Assembly: GCA_963838925.1 (NCBI GenBank)
Contig: CAWISW010000003.1
Coordinates: 64,001 to 128,000 of the forward strand
From: an uncultured Nitrososphaerota archaeon
GTDB lineage: Archaea; Thermoproteota; Nitrososphaeria; Nitrososphaerales; Gagatemarchaeaceae
DNA length: 64,000 nt
Direction: 5' to 3'
Shown piece by piece: positions 40,586 through 48,706 of the stretch. The translations under genes were made by a program, and so were the position numbers. Positions within the stretch are counted from its first letter, which is position 1; each line of letters starts with the position of its first letter. Under the pieces are notes generated by a model that searched no databases, had not been told where the DNA came from, and saw only the letters and a list, made by a program, of their open reading frames with translations.

Positions 40586-40969
40586 TTGAACAAATCGACG
40601 GTCTCGGGAATGGTGGTCCTTCTCTTGCTCGGGCTGGCCTTTGGCTCGGTCTTCTTTCCGCGGACCATCACGCAGACTACTACGAGCGTCACCACCCTGA
40701 CCATAACCGGCAGTTCTTCAGCTATAGGATCATATCCTGTTGTCACCGCCACAGTCGTAACAATCCTCGTGGTTCCGGTCGTGGCTACGTGCACGACGGT
40801 TTCTGGCACACAGTCGATAGTCTACACCTACGCCGTGGGCGGACAATCCACCACTCTGACAACAGTCTATCCTCCGCATCTTCCGCAGGAGTATCAGGTC
40901 ACGCTAGTCACGGATTCAACCGTCACCGGCAGCAACCGGACCTATGTCCAAGATACCGACACATGCTGA
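40586..40969 (+). CDS. Thr-rich membrane-anchored hypothetical protein
   Basis: N-terminal TM, Thr-rich, two Cys; AT-richer islet. Confidence 0.55.
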   Translation: MNKSTVSGMVVLLLLGLAFGSVFFPRTITQTTTSVTTLTITGSSSAIGSYPVVTATVVTILVVPVVATCTTVSGTQSIVYTYAVGGQSTTLTTVYPPHLPQEYQVTLVTDSTVTGSNRTYVQDTDTC

Positions 40970-41042
40970 GGGTGCGCAGGGACCCAACGTAACCCAGAAA
41001 TGCGAGGCTACGCTTATATCGCTACGCGGTTTGAAATCGTTC

Positions 41043-42395
41043 ATGCCAAAGGTCGCCGTGGTGGGGGGTGGCTTCGGCGGCGTGAGCGCTGCAGCGTGCG
41101 CCCGCAAGGCGGGGGCCGAGGTGACCTTGGTCGAGCGGACCGACGAGCTCCTGGGCGTCGGGCGCAACTCCGGCATCTTCTACAACGACGGGCGCCAGGC
41201 GGGCAGCGAGGAGCTGAAGGCCATGGGAGGGGGATACATCCTCGACATCATCGAGACTGCGCCCGTCCTCACGCATCCCCGCACCGACATGAACTGGAAC
41301 GCTCCGGAGGACCTGAAGCAGCAGATCCACACGCAGGCCATCTTCCACTGCATGAGGGCCGAGACCCACATCAGGAAGTACCTGCGAGACATCGGCGTGG
41401 AGCTCATCTTCGCCAACAGGGCCGTCGACGTGGAGGTGGGCAGGTCGCAACAGGCCAAGGGGGACCTCATCCTCAAGGTCGTGCTGGAGAAGGGCCAGAG
41501 GCTCGAGGTCGACGCGTTCGTCGACACCTCGGGCGGGGCCGGGGGGGTTCAAATCTGCAAGCAGTACGGTTACGGTTGCGTCGAGTGCCTGCTCCGCTGC
41601 AACACATTCGGCGACAGGGTTAGCATAGCGACAAAGGCGGGCGCGCCCGAGCTGAGGAAGATACGTGACTCGAAGCACGGGGGCGGCTTCGGGGGGCTGA
41701 GCTCCGCCTGCGCTTTCCACGACGACTCGATAGACTCCGAGCTCCTAGCCAACGTGAAGAGGGAGGGGAGCTGGAAGGTGCCCATCCCCGAGGAGGTCCA
41801 GCAGATGACAAAGATCGGCCTGAGCACCAACCTTCCCTACGACCCCTCGCACGTAAAGTCGATGAAGGTGGCATACCCCGGCTTCTTCAAGGCAAACGGG
41901 ATGGTCTTCATGCCCCTGGAGGACGTCAGGAAGATTCCGGGGTTCAAGGACGCCAGGTACTCCGACCCTCTTGGCGGGGGAGTGGGGAACGCCGTCCGCT
42001 TCATGTCGATGGCCCCGAGGGAGAACTCCATGAGGGTGCAGGGCTTCAGGAACCTCTTCGTGGGAGGGGAGAAGGGCGGCCCCACCGTCGGGATTCAGGA
42101 GTGCATGATCACGGGCGCCTTGGCGGGGCACAACGCAGCCCGCGTCGCCTTCGGCAAGGAGCCCCTGGTCCTCCCCAGGGAGACCCTCATCGGCGACTTC
42201 GTGGCCTATGTCGGGGAGATGATGCGGAGCGAGAAGGGCCTGACGGAGACCTACTCCATGACGAAGCCTCCCTACAGGACGAGGATGGCCGAGAGGGGCT
42301 GGTGGTCAAAGACGGTGCCCCAGGCGGTCGAGGAGGCCAAGCGCAGGGTGGAAGCCGCTGGCCTCACTGGGATGATGGCCAAGAAGCTCGGCTAA
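41043..42395 (+). CDS. FAD-dependent oxidoreductase (GidA-like family) with a Cys cluster
   Basis: VAVVGGGFGG Rossmann motif, CKQYGYGCVECLLRC, NLFVGGEK, TGALAGHNA. Confidence 0.82.
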   Translation: MPKVAVVGGGFGGVSAAACARKAGAEVTLVERTDELLGVGRNSGIFYNDGRQAGSEELKAMGGGYILDIIETAPVLTHPRTDMNWNAPEDLKQQIHTQAIFHCMRAETHIRKYLRDIGVELIFANRAVDVEVGRSQQAKGDLILKVVLEKGQRLEVDAFVDTSGGAGGVQICKQYGYGCVECLLRCNTFGDRVSIATKAGAPELRKIRDSKHGGGFGGLSSACAFHDDSIDSELLANVKREGSWKVPIPEEVQQMTKIGLSTNLPYDPSHVKSMKVAYPGFFKANGMVFMPLEDVRKIPGFKDARYSDPLGGGVGNAVRFMSMAPRENSMRVQGFRNLFVGGEKGGPTVGIQECMITGALAGHNAARVAFGKEPLVLPRETLIGDFVAYVGEMMRSEKGLTETYSMTKPPYRTRMAERGWWSKTVPQAVEEAKRRVEAAGLTGMMAKKLG

Positions 42396-42431
42396 GCGCG
42401 ATGACGCCGTGTCTCGGATGGACACTCGCCG

Positions 42432-43277
42432 TCATTCCAGCCAGACAGAGTCAGCTCGCTTGACGTTGCCACCCCGTTCGACAGAAGCATATACCCCGAC
42501 GACTCCCTTGTTGTGGCGGGCGGCCGTGCGCAGGACGCCCATGTCGCGGGGCAAGTCCCCCTGGGCGAGCGTCGTCATCACGCACCTGCCGCAGGGGCTG
42601 CTGACCTTCAACCGAACCTCCTCTCCCACCCTAAGGGTTCGGCCGACCCAACCGTTCTCCACGAAGTCCTTCACGTGCTGAGACGGTTCAACCACTATGT
42701 TCGGCCTGAACCGCCTGGCTTCGAAGCGGCCTTCGGGGTGTAGCTCCCGAAGTCGGTCCGTCGTTGCGGTCGTAAGGACGTGGACGGAGGCGCCGTCGAA
42801 GAATGTCTGTGCGGGCATGAATTCCTCCGTGACTTTCTCCCTGTTGGCGATCCCCTCCATGTCCGGCCAGTACTCCTCGTAACTGTGCTTCTCCAACGAT
42901 GGCGTCATGAGCCTGACCTGAGCGCCGAGCGCTTCCGACAGCACGCCGTCGGCCCCGGGCTGGCCTGCCATCACCGACCTGCCGTCCGGAAGGGAGATCC
43001 GAACGTCAGGGAGCGGTTCGCCAGACTTGGGAGGGTCGACGAACGAAGCCCGAAAATCGAAGAGCCTCCCCCACTTCCGAGGGTTCTTCGCGCTCGCCAC
43101 CTTTCCGGTAGCTTGGTCGACGAGAGCGCGGGTGCGATCGCCGAGCAGCCCGCGTTCCGTGACATACGAGGCGTTGAGCTCCTCTCCCATCATTGACTTT
43201 ATGGGGTACCGCCAGAGAGAAGCCACTGAGCCGACCGGGGCCAGAGCCCCTTTGGACGTGGTCTCGGTTTGTTCCAT
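42432..43277 (-). CDS. MOSC domain protein (YcbX/mARC-like)
   Basis: LWRYPIKSM.GE, GDR, RRFRPNIVV, PCGRCVMTT, GVYA. Confidence 0.93.
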   Translation of the reverse strand: MEQTETTSKGALAPVGSVASLWRYPIKSMMGEELNASYVTERGLLGDRTRALVDQATGKVASAKNPRKWGRLFDFRASFVDPPKSGEPLPDVRISLPDGRSVMAGQPGADGVLSEALGAQVRLMTPSLEKHSYEEYWPDMEGIANREKVTEEFMPAQTFFDGASVHVLTTATTDRLRELHPEGRFEARRFRPNIVVEPSQHVKDFVENGWVGRTLRVGEEVRLKVSSPCGRCVMTTLAQGDLPRDMGVLRTAARHNKGVVGVYASVERGGNVKRADSVWLE

Positions 43278-43360
43278 CGATGCTCCTGGGCAATCCAATC
43301 CTGGCGCATTTAAGACTGGTTGTCCTAATCTTCGGATACACCCCGAACAGCTAGGGACGT

Positions 43361-43861
43361 CTACGAGCGAGCCTTGCGCTTCTTTGTGGGAGCCATCTTC
43401 TCAGCCGCGGCTTGGACCGACCTCACGATGTTGACGTAGCCCGTGCACATGCAGAGGTTCCCCGATAGCCCCGCCCTGATCTCCTCCTCGGTGGGGCGGG
43501 GGTTTCTCTGGAGGAGGTCGTAGGCTGTCAGAAGCATCCCCGGGGTGCAGTAGCCGCACTGGAGGCCGTGGTGCTCCCAGAAGGCCTCCTGTATCGGGTG
43601 CAGCTGCGAGCCCTTCGCCAGGCCCTCGACGGTCAGTATCTCGGCCCCCTCGGCCTGCTGGGCGAAGATCAGGCAGGACTTGACGGCCTTGCCGTTCAGG
43701 ATGACCGTGCACGCGCCGCACTTTCCGACGATGCAGCCTATGTGGGTGCCGGTGAGCCCGAGCTCCTCCCTGATGAAGTGGGAGAGCAGGGTCCTGGGCT
43801 CGGCGCTGCCGGAGCACCTCTTGCCGTTGACTGTCAGGTCGACCTGCTTCAGCGAGCCCAT
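43361..43861 (-). CDS. 2Fe-2S small subunit (CoxS-like)
   Basis: GCIVGKCGACTV, KSC, QCGYCTPG, NLCMCTGY; ATG at 43861. Confidence 0.94.
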   Translation of the reverse strand: MGSLKQVDLTVNGKRCSGSAEPRTLLSHFIREELGLTGTHIGCIVGKCGACTVILNGKAVKSCLIFAQQAEGAEILTVEGLAKGSQLHPIQEAFWEHHGLQCGYCTPGMLLTAYDLLQRNPRPTEEEIRAGLSGNLCMCTGYVNIVRSVQAAAEKMAPTKKRKARS

Positions 43862-43869
43862 CCCCCGTC

Positions 43870-44730
43870 TCAGATTCTGTCCAAGCTCTGCTTTATGGCT
43901 CTCCTCACGTAGACCTTGACCATCTCGCGCTTGTACTCTGCGTTCCCCCTGATGTCGGAAGCCGGCTCGGACATCTCGGCGGCCCTCTCCCCTGCCTCGG
44001 CCACCGCGTCGTCGCTGGGCTTCCGCCCCCTCAGCGCGTCCTCGGCTTTCATGGCTCTCAGCGGGGTCGGACCTACCCCCGCCAAGCCGAGCCTCGCGTC
44101 CTTGCAGACCCCGGCCTTGTCCAGGGTCACGACCGCCGCCACCCCGACCGTCGCCAGGTCGCTCGCGCCTCTCGAGAGCTTGACGTAGGCCCCCGCGGTC
44201 CTGGGCGGGAGGACGGGGACCCTGACCTCGACGAGGATCTCGCTCTTTCGGAGGCTGGTCATGAGGATGCCGCGGAAGAAGTCCCTTGCGTCGATCGTGC
44301 GTTCGTTGGAGGGGCCTTTCACCCTGAGCTCCGCCCCTAGCGCGAGCACGGTGGCGGGGACGTCTCCCGCGGGGTCGGCCTGGCAGATTGTGCCTCCGAT
44401 CGTTCCCTTGTTCCTGACCTGATGGTCGCCGATGCTGCCAGCGGCCTCGGACAGGACGCCGCACCTTTCGTTGACGATTGGTGACGAGGCCACGTCGTTG
44501 TGGGTCGTCATCGAGCCGATGAGAAGCTGGTCCTTCCCCTTCCTCACGTAGGAGAGCCCGGATATCCTCCCAAGGTCGACGACGTTCTCTGGGCTCACGA
44601 GCCTCAGCTTCATGAGCGGGACGAGGCTCTGGCCCCCCGCCAAGACCCTGGCGTCACTCATCTTCTTGAGCATCGACGTTGCTTCTGTGACGGTCGAGGG
44701 CGAGTGAAGTTCGAAAGGGCGGGGAATCAT
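43870..44730 (-). CDS. FAD-binding medium subunit (CoxM-like)
   Basis: LAGGQSLVPLMKLRL, VRNKGTIGG, ADPAGD, SDIRGNAEYKR. Confidence 0.94.
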   Translation of the reverse strand: MIPRPFELHSPSTVTEATSMLKKMSDARVLAGGQSLVPLMKLRLVSPENVVDLGRISGLSYVRKGKDQLLIGSMTTHNDVASSPIVNERCGVLSEAAGSIGDHQVRNKGTIGGTICQADPAGDVPATVLALGAELRVKGPSNERTIDARDFFRGILMTSLRKSEILVEVRVPVLPPRTAGAYVKLSRGASDLATVGVAAVVTLDKAGVCKDARLGLAGVGPTPLRAMKAEDALRGRKPSDDAVAEAGERAAEMSEPASDIRGNAEYKREMVKVYVRRAIKQSLDRI

Positions 44731-44891
44731 GCCCAGTCTTCGGACTCTTGAAAAGTAGATATGTCTTTTGCGCGTGAAAATTGCTCTGGAAGGCCAGACT
44801 CCTGCTCAAGTGGCTAGACTTGCCCCGAAGCGCTGGATGGATTATTGGCACAAGCCTTAGAAGCTTCTATGGGCTGAATTTCCTCGGAGCC

Positions 44892-45209
44892 TTGAAACGA
44901 AGAACCAAGGCCTTGTTGCCCGCTTTCTTTGGGGTTGTAATCCTCGGGGCATTGCTCGTTCCCATTCTCCCCACGCAACCCGAGATATGCATCGGCCGGT
45001 GCACGACGATTGTTACCCAAGCGAACGAATCCATTTCATTGAAGTATCTCGGGTATGGCTTCATGTCCTCAGATGTCCAAGTCATGAATAACGCGACTGC
45101 TTCGCATTGGGAGTACTGGTGGTGTTACCCTTTACCGCCTCAGCCTGTTAGATTACTCTACAACTTCCAATGCGCTGACCCTTACAGCATTGACAACATA
45201 CATTTGTGA
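44892..45209 (+). CDS. Small membrane-anchored 4-Cys hypothetical protein
   Basis: TTG at 44892: MKRRTK + TM + VPILP, four Cys; AT-richer islet; resembles 11036-11335. Confidence 0.55.
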   Translation: MKRRTKALLPAFFGVVILGALLVPILPTQPEICIGRCTTIVTQANESISLKYLGYGFMSSDVQVMNNATASHWEYWWCYPLPPQPVRLLYNFQCADPYSIDNIHL

Positions 45210-45321
45210 GTGCCGTCGTCACCCGCGGTGCAACATGGTCAGAATTCATCCCGAAGATGCAACAGCACCAGAAAATTGGTGGCCAGGCGCCCTGCGGCGT
45301 GCGCCTGACGCTTTGGGTCCC

Positions 45322-45717
45322 CTAGTTCTGCCTTGGAATGGTCGCGAATGCGACGGCCTTTTCATCGGTCGCCTTCGAGCCGATGTCCAAGACCTCGTCT
45401 ACCGATGAGACGAAGATCTTCCCGTCTCCGACGGACTGCGTAGAGGCACTGGCCATGATCGCATCGATTACGCCCTTTGCGTTGCTGTCCTGGACAAGGA
45501 TCTCAAGCTTGAGGTGCTTGATGTACTCTTCCTCGTAGTTCCATCTGCCCTTCGCTAGGACCGTTGTCGTGTGCCTGGCGCGTCCCCTTCCTGCGACTTC
45601 CTCGACTGTGAGTCCGCTGACTCCAAGCCTCTTCAAGGCTGCGTCGACTTCGGGGAACTTTTCCCTTCTGATTATCGCTTCAATCTTCTTCAAGATTGTT
45701 TTCGCCTGCGTAGTCAA
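45322..45717 (-). CDS. P-II family nitrogen regulatory protein
   Basis: KKIEAIIR, GLTVEEVAGRG, KLEILV, GDGKIFVS. Confidence 0.92.
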   Translation of the reverse strand: MTTQAKTILKKIEAIIRREKFPEVDAALKRLGVSGLTVEEVAGRGRARHTTTVLAKGRWNYEEEYIKHLKLEILVQDSNAKGVIDAIMASASTQSVGDGKIFVSSVDEVLDIGSKATDEKAVAFATIPRQN

Positions 45718-45747
45718 TGGCCCCGCTTTTACTTAAGCGTTGTGCCT

Positions 45748-45799
45748 AATCCTTACGATTGGATTTTTGCTATATATAGTCTCCAAACGTTTGGATTTT
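45748..45799. promoter_or_regulatory. Palindrome cluster upstream of the P-II gene
   Basis: Perfect TCCAAACGTTTGGA (45782-45795), CTATATATAG (45770-45779), TTGGATTTT direct repeat (45759, 45791). Confidence 0.5.
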
Positions 45800-45892
45800 A
45801 GCTATAAGAAGTTCAAACTCAATCGCCCCTGGACTATTTATGGCGAGCAAACATACGTCCAAGGGCCGTTTTCGTCTCTCGGTCCGATGCGC

Positions 45893-47344
45893 TTAGCCTT
45901 GGGCAGGCTCGCCCTTCGCCACCGCCCCTCGGCGTCGCGAAGGACCCCTCAGCACGGAGGGGATGATTCCGAGGAGCAGGAAGATCGTGGACAGGTAGTA
46001 GACGGTGTGGATGGAATCGATGAAGCTGCCGATCCAGGGCGCCGTGCCTAGTGCCGTGCCTCCGACGAAGATGTTCTGGAGGTCTGCTATCGGGACGCCA
46101 GCCGTCAGGACGTAGAACGCGATGCCGAGGCTGAAGCTCGCGCCGGCTATGAAGACGGTCGTGCTGGTCCCCGTCGCGATTCCCCTCGCCCAAGGAGGGA
46201 CAGAGTTCATCACTGACGCCCTGTTGGGGGACTGGAAGAGCCCTATCCCCGCACCCACGAGCGACAGCGGGAGGGCGAGCTGCCAGAAGGTAATGGTCCT
46301 TCCGATTGTCGCCAGGAGGAGGAAGCCCATGCTCGAGACTATGAGCCCCGCCGTCGCGAAGAACCTCGGTCCGCGCTTGTCCGATAGGTACCCGCTGAGG
46401 GGACCGAGGAGGGCTATCGAGACCGAGATGGGGATGAGGAAGATCCCGGCGGAGAGGGCGTCCAGGCCCATCGACGGCCCCTGGAGGTAGAACGTCAGGA
46501 CCAGCGTCACGGCGCCTCTCGCCATCGAGTTGAGGAGGCTGGCGACCGTCCCGGCCGTGAAGAGCCTTATCTTGAAGAGCGAGAGGTCGAGCATCGGGTC
46601 CTTCTCCCTTCGCTCTGTGAAGACGAACGCCGCGAGGAGTGCCGCGCCCGCGCCGAGGAGGAGGACGAACTGTTCGGGTTGCAGCAGCGAGACCGCGTCG
46701 AGCGTTATCGCCACGAGCACGGTGGCGAGGCCGCCCGCGAAGGTGACGTTCCCGAGGACGTCTATGCTCTGCCCCTTCCTTATCACGGCGAGCTCCTTCA
46801 GCTTGTAGTGAGACCAGATAGTCGCGAAGATCCCGATGGGGATGTTGACGTAGAAAATCGACTGCCAGCCGGCCACGGAGGTCAGGACCCCTCCGAGGAC
46901 GAGCCCCATCAGGGAGCCGATCACGATGGAGACCTGGTTGATCCCGAGCGCCTTTCCCCGCTCGTCCTCCGGGAAGGCGTCCGTGATTATGGCGCCGCTG
47001 TTCGAGAAGAGGAAGGCCGAGCCTACTCCCTGGAGGAGCCTGAACGCTATGAGCTGCTCGCCCGTCTGGGAGAGGCTGGAGAGCGCCGAGGCCGCGGTGA
47101 AGAGGGCGAAGCCGAACGTGTAGAGCCTCACCCGCCCGAACATGTCCGAGAGGCGCCCGAAGTTCACGAGCAGCGAGCCGTTGACGAGCTGGTACCCGAG
47201 TAGGATCCACAGGAGGTCGAAGAAGGACGTGGCGCGGAGCTCCCTCGAAATCGTTGGTAGCGCTATGAGGACGATGTTGGTGTCGAGGGACGCCATCAGG
47301 GTCCCGAGGGTCGTGTTGGAGAGGACGACCCACTTGTACTGCAA
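45893..47344 (-). CDS. MFS transporter (DHA2-like), paralog of 29774-31246
   Basis: QYKWVVLSNTTLG, GRLSDMFGRVRLY, FYLQGP. Confidence 0.92.
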   Translation of the reverse strand: MQYKWVVLSNTTLGTLMASLDTNIVLIALPTISRELRATSFFDLLWILLGYQLVNGSLLVNFGRLSDMFGRVRLYTFGFALFTAASALSSLSQTGEQLIAFRLLQGVGSAFLFSNSGAIITDAFPEDERGKALGINQVSIVIGSLMGLVLGGVLTSVAGWQSIFYVNIPIGIFATIWSHYKLKELAVIRKGQSIDVLGNVTFAGGLATVLVAITLDAVSLLQPEQFVLLLGAGAALLAAFVFTERREKDPMLDLSLFKIRLFTAGTVASLLNSMARGAVTLVLTFYLQGPSMGLDALSAGIFLIPISVSIALLGPLSGYLSDKRGPRFFATAGLIVSSMGFLLLATIGRTITFWQLALPLSLVGAGIGLFQSPNRASVMNSVPPWARGIATGTSTTVFIAGASFSLGIAFYVLTAGVPIADLQNIFVGGTALGTAPWIGSFIDSIHTVYYLSTIFLLLGIIPSVLRGPSRRRGAVAKGEPAQG

Positions 47345-47459
47345 ATCGATCTTGCACCGAGCCCCTCGAGATTCTTGACTCCGGCCCTCAGGCCAGAGGT
47401 ATTAACGATAGTGATGCCCTAGCACTCGAAGGCGCCCGTCCTTGCCGGAAGGCGCGTGC

Positions 47460-47960
47460 CTAGCAGTAGGTCGCGGAGAGCGTCGTATTGATCACGATAC
47501 TGGTGGAGTATGTCGTGCCGTCGCTGAACTCCACTTCCGCCTTGATCGTGTACGGCGCCGCGGTGGGCATGACCGTGCAGGGGATGGAATTGCCGGCCTT
47601 GCACAGGATCTGCTGTTGCGGTTGGATGGTGTCGGTGACGCAGGCTCCAAGCGAGACTCCGTTGACGTACATGGTTGTGTTCTGGACCTTCACCGCCGCG
47701 TTGTTGAGGATGTACGCGGAGACGCCCAGGCCGACTTGCCCGTCCTCGATGCTCGGTTGGTCTGTCAGCGTGGCGTTAGAGAGCGTCACCGTGTCCTGCG
47801 GCGTCGAGGAGGACGGGGAGGAACTGTTGGTGGCGCTCGACGTCCCTGGGGAGCTCCTCAAGACGCTGAACCCGATGAGCGCGCCGGCGACCACCACAAC
47901 TATCGCCAATGCCAGATAGAGCCTGCCGCGGCTCTTCCGCCTCTTCCTCAGGGATGCCAT
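47460..47960 (-). CDS. Membrane-anchored extracellular Ig/pilin-like protein
   Basis: Basic N-terminus + TM, Ser linker, beta-rich domain, four Cys. Confidence 0.7.
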   Translation of the reverse strand: MASLRKRRKSRGRLYLALAIVVVVAGALIGFSVLRSSPGTSSATNSSSPSSSTPQDTVTLSNATLTDQPSIEDGQVGLGVSAYILNNAAVKVQNTTMYVNGVSLGACVTDTIQPQQQILCKAGNSIPCTVMPTAAPYTIKAEVEFSDGTTYSTSIVINTTLSATYC

Positions 47961-48070
47961 GGGCCTGAGGCCGCCCGTGCGTGGGCGCCATTCTTAAGCG
48001 CGATGACGGACTTAATATCCCTGGCCGCCGGTAGACATAGAGACATGACCCCGCTCGGAGGCCGGCCGGC

Positions 48071-48310
48071 TTGACCCTTCTCGCCTTCGTCATGATCAAC
48101 GTCCAGGTGGGCAGCGACAGGGACGTGGTCAGCGAGCTTAGGGCGCTCAAAGGGGTGAAGGAGGTCGACGAGGTCTACGCCGTCTACGACATCGTCGCGA
48201 TTGTCGAGGCCGAGAGCATGCACGAGCTCACAGAGCTGGTGAACTCGCACATCAGGAAGATCAGCAGCGTCACCAGCACCAACACGATAATCGCCGAGAA
48301 GTATCCGTAG
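48071..48310 (+). CDS. Standalone Lrp/AsnC ligand-binding (RAM) domain protein
   Basis: AFVMINV, GVKEV..VYAVYDIVA.VE, IRKISSVTSTNT; no HTH. Confidence 0.88.
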   Translation: MTLLAFVMINVQVGSDRDVVSELRALKGVKEVDEVYAVYDIVAIVEAESMHELTELVNSHIRKISSVTSTNTIIAEKYP

Positions 48311-48376
48311 GAATCGCGGCAGCCGCCGGGCGACCTTATTAGACACCCGAGGCGCCTCATCTGTCAGGCGAGAGGC

Positions 48377-48706
48377 GTGAAGAGGATCGGGCTGGGCATC
48401 GGACTCATAGTGACCGTGCTGGTGCCGATAGCCCTCGTTCTCTTCGGGGTCCTAAGGCCAGTGGCCGCCCTCTCCGCGATCCTCCTGCTCAGCGGCCTGT
48501 GGACGTTCGCGTTCGGGCTCTTCATGGAACCGAAGACGGACAGGCTCTACTACTCCGGCTTTGGGGTCATCGTGGCCCTTCTGTCGACGTTCCACTTCAT
48601 CGCCTTCCGATACACCGCCGGGCTGGTCGTTGTCGCGATCGTCGTGCTGGCCCTGATATCTGCAGTCTTCAAGCCGGGCGCGACGCCGGCCCCGAAGAAG
48701 CCCTAG
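48377..48706 (+). CDS. Small four-TM membrane protein
   Basis: 109 aa, hydrophobic; TTATTA ~35 nt upstream. Confidence 0.7.
   Translation: MKRIGLGIGLIVTVLVPIALVLFGVLRPVAALSAILLLSGLWTFAFGLFMEPKTDRLYYSGFGVIVALLSTFHFIAFRYTAGLVVVAIVVLALISAVFKPGATPAPKKP

Noticed and set aside
43862-44464. 367-aa ORF suggesting a CoxS fusion
   Set aside because: The upstream part is an alternative frame of coxM; CoxS starts at ATG 43861.
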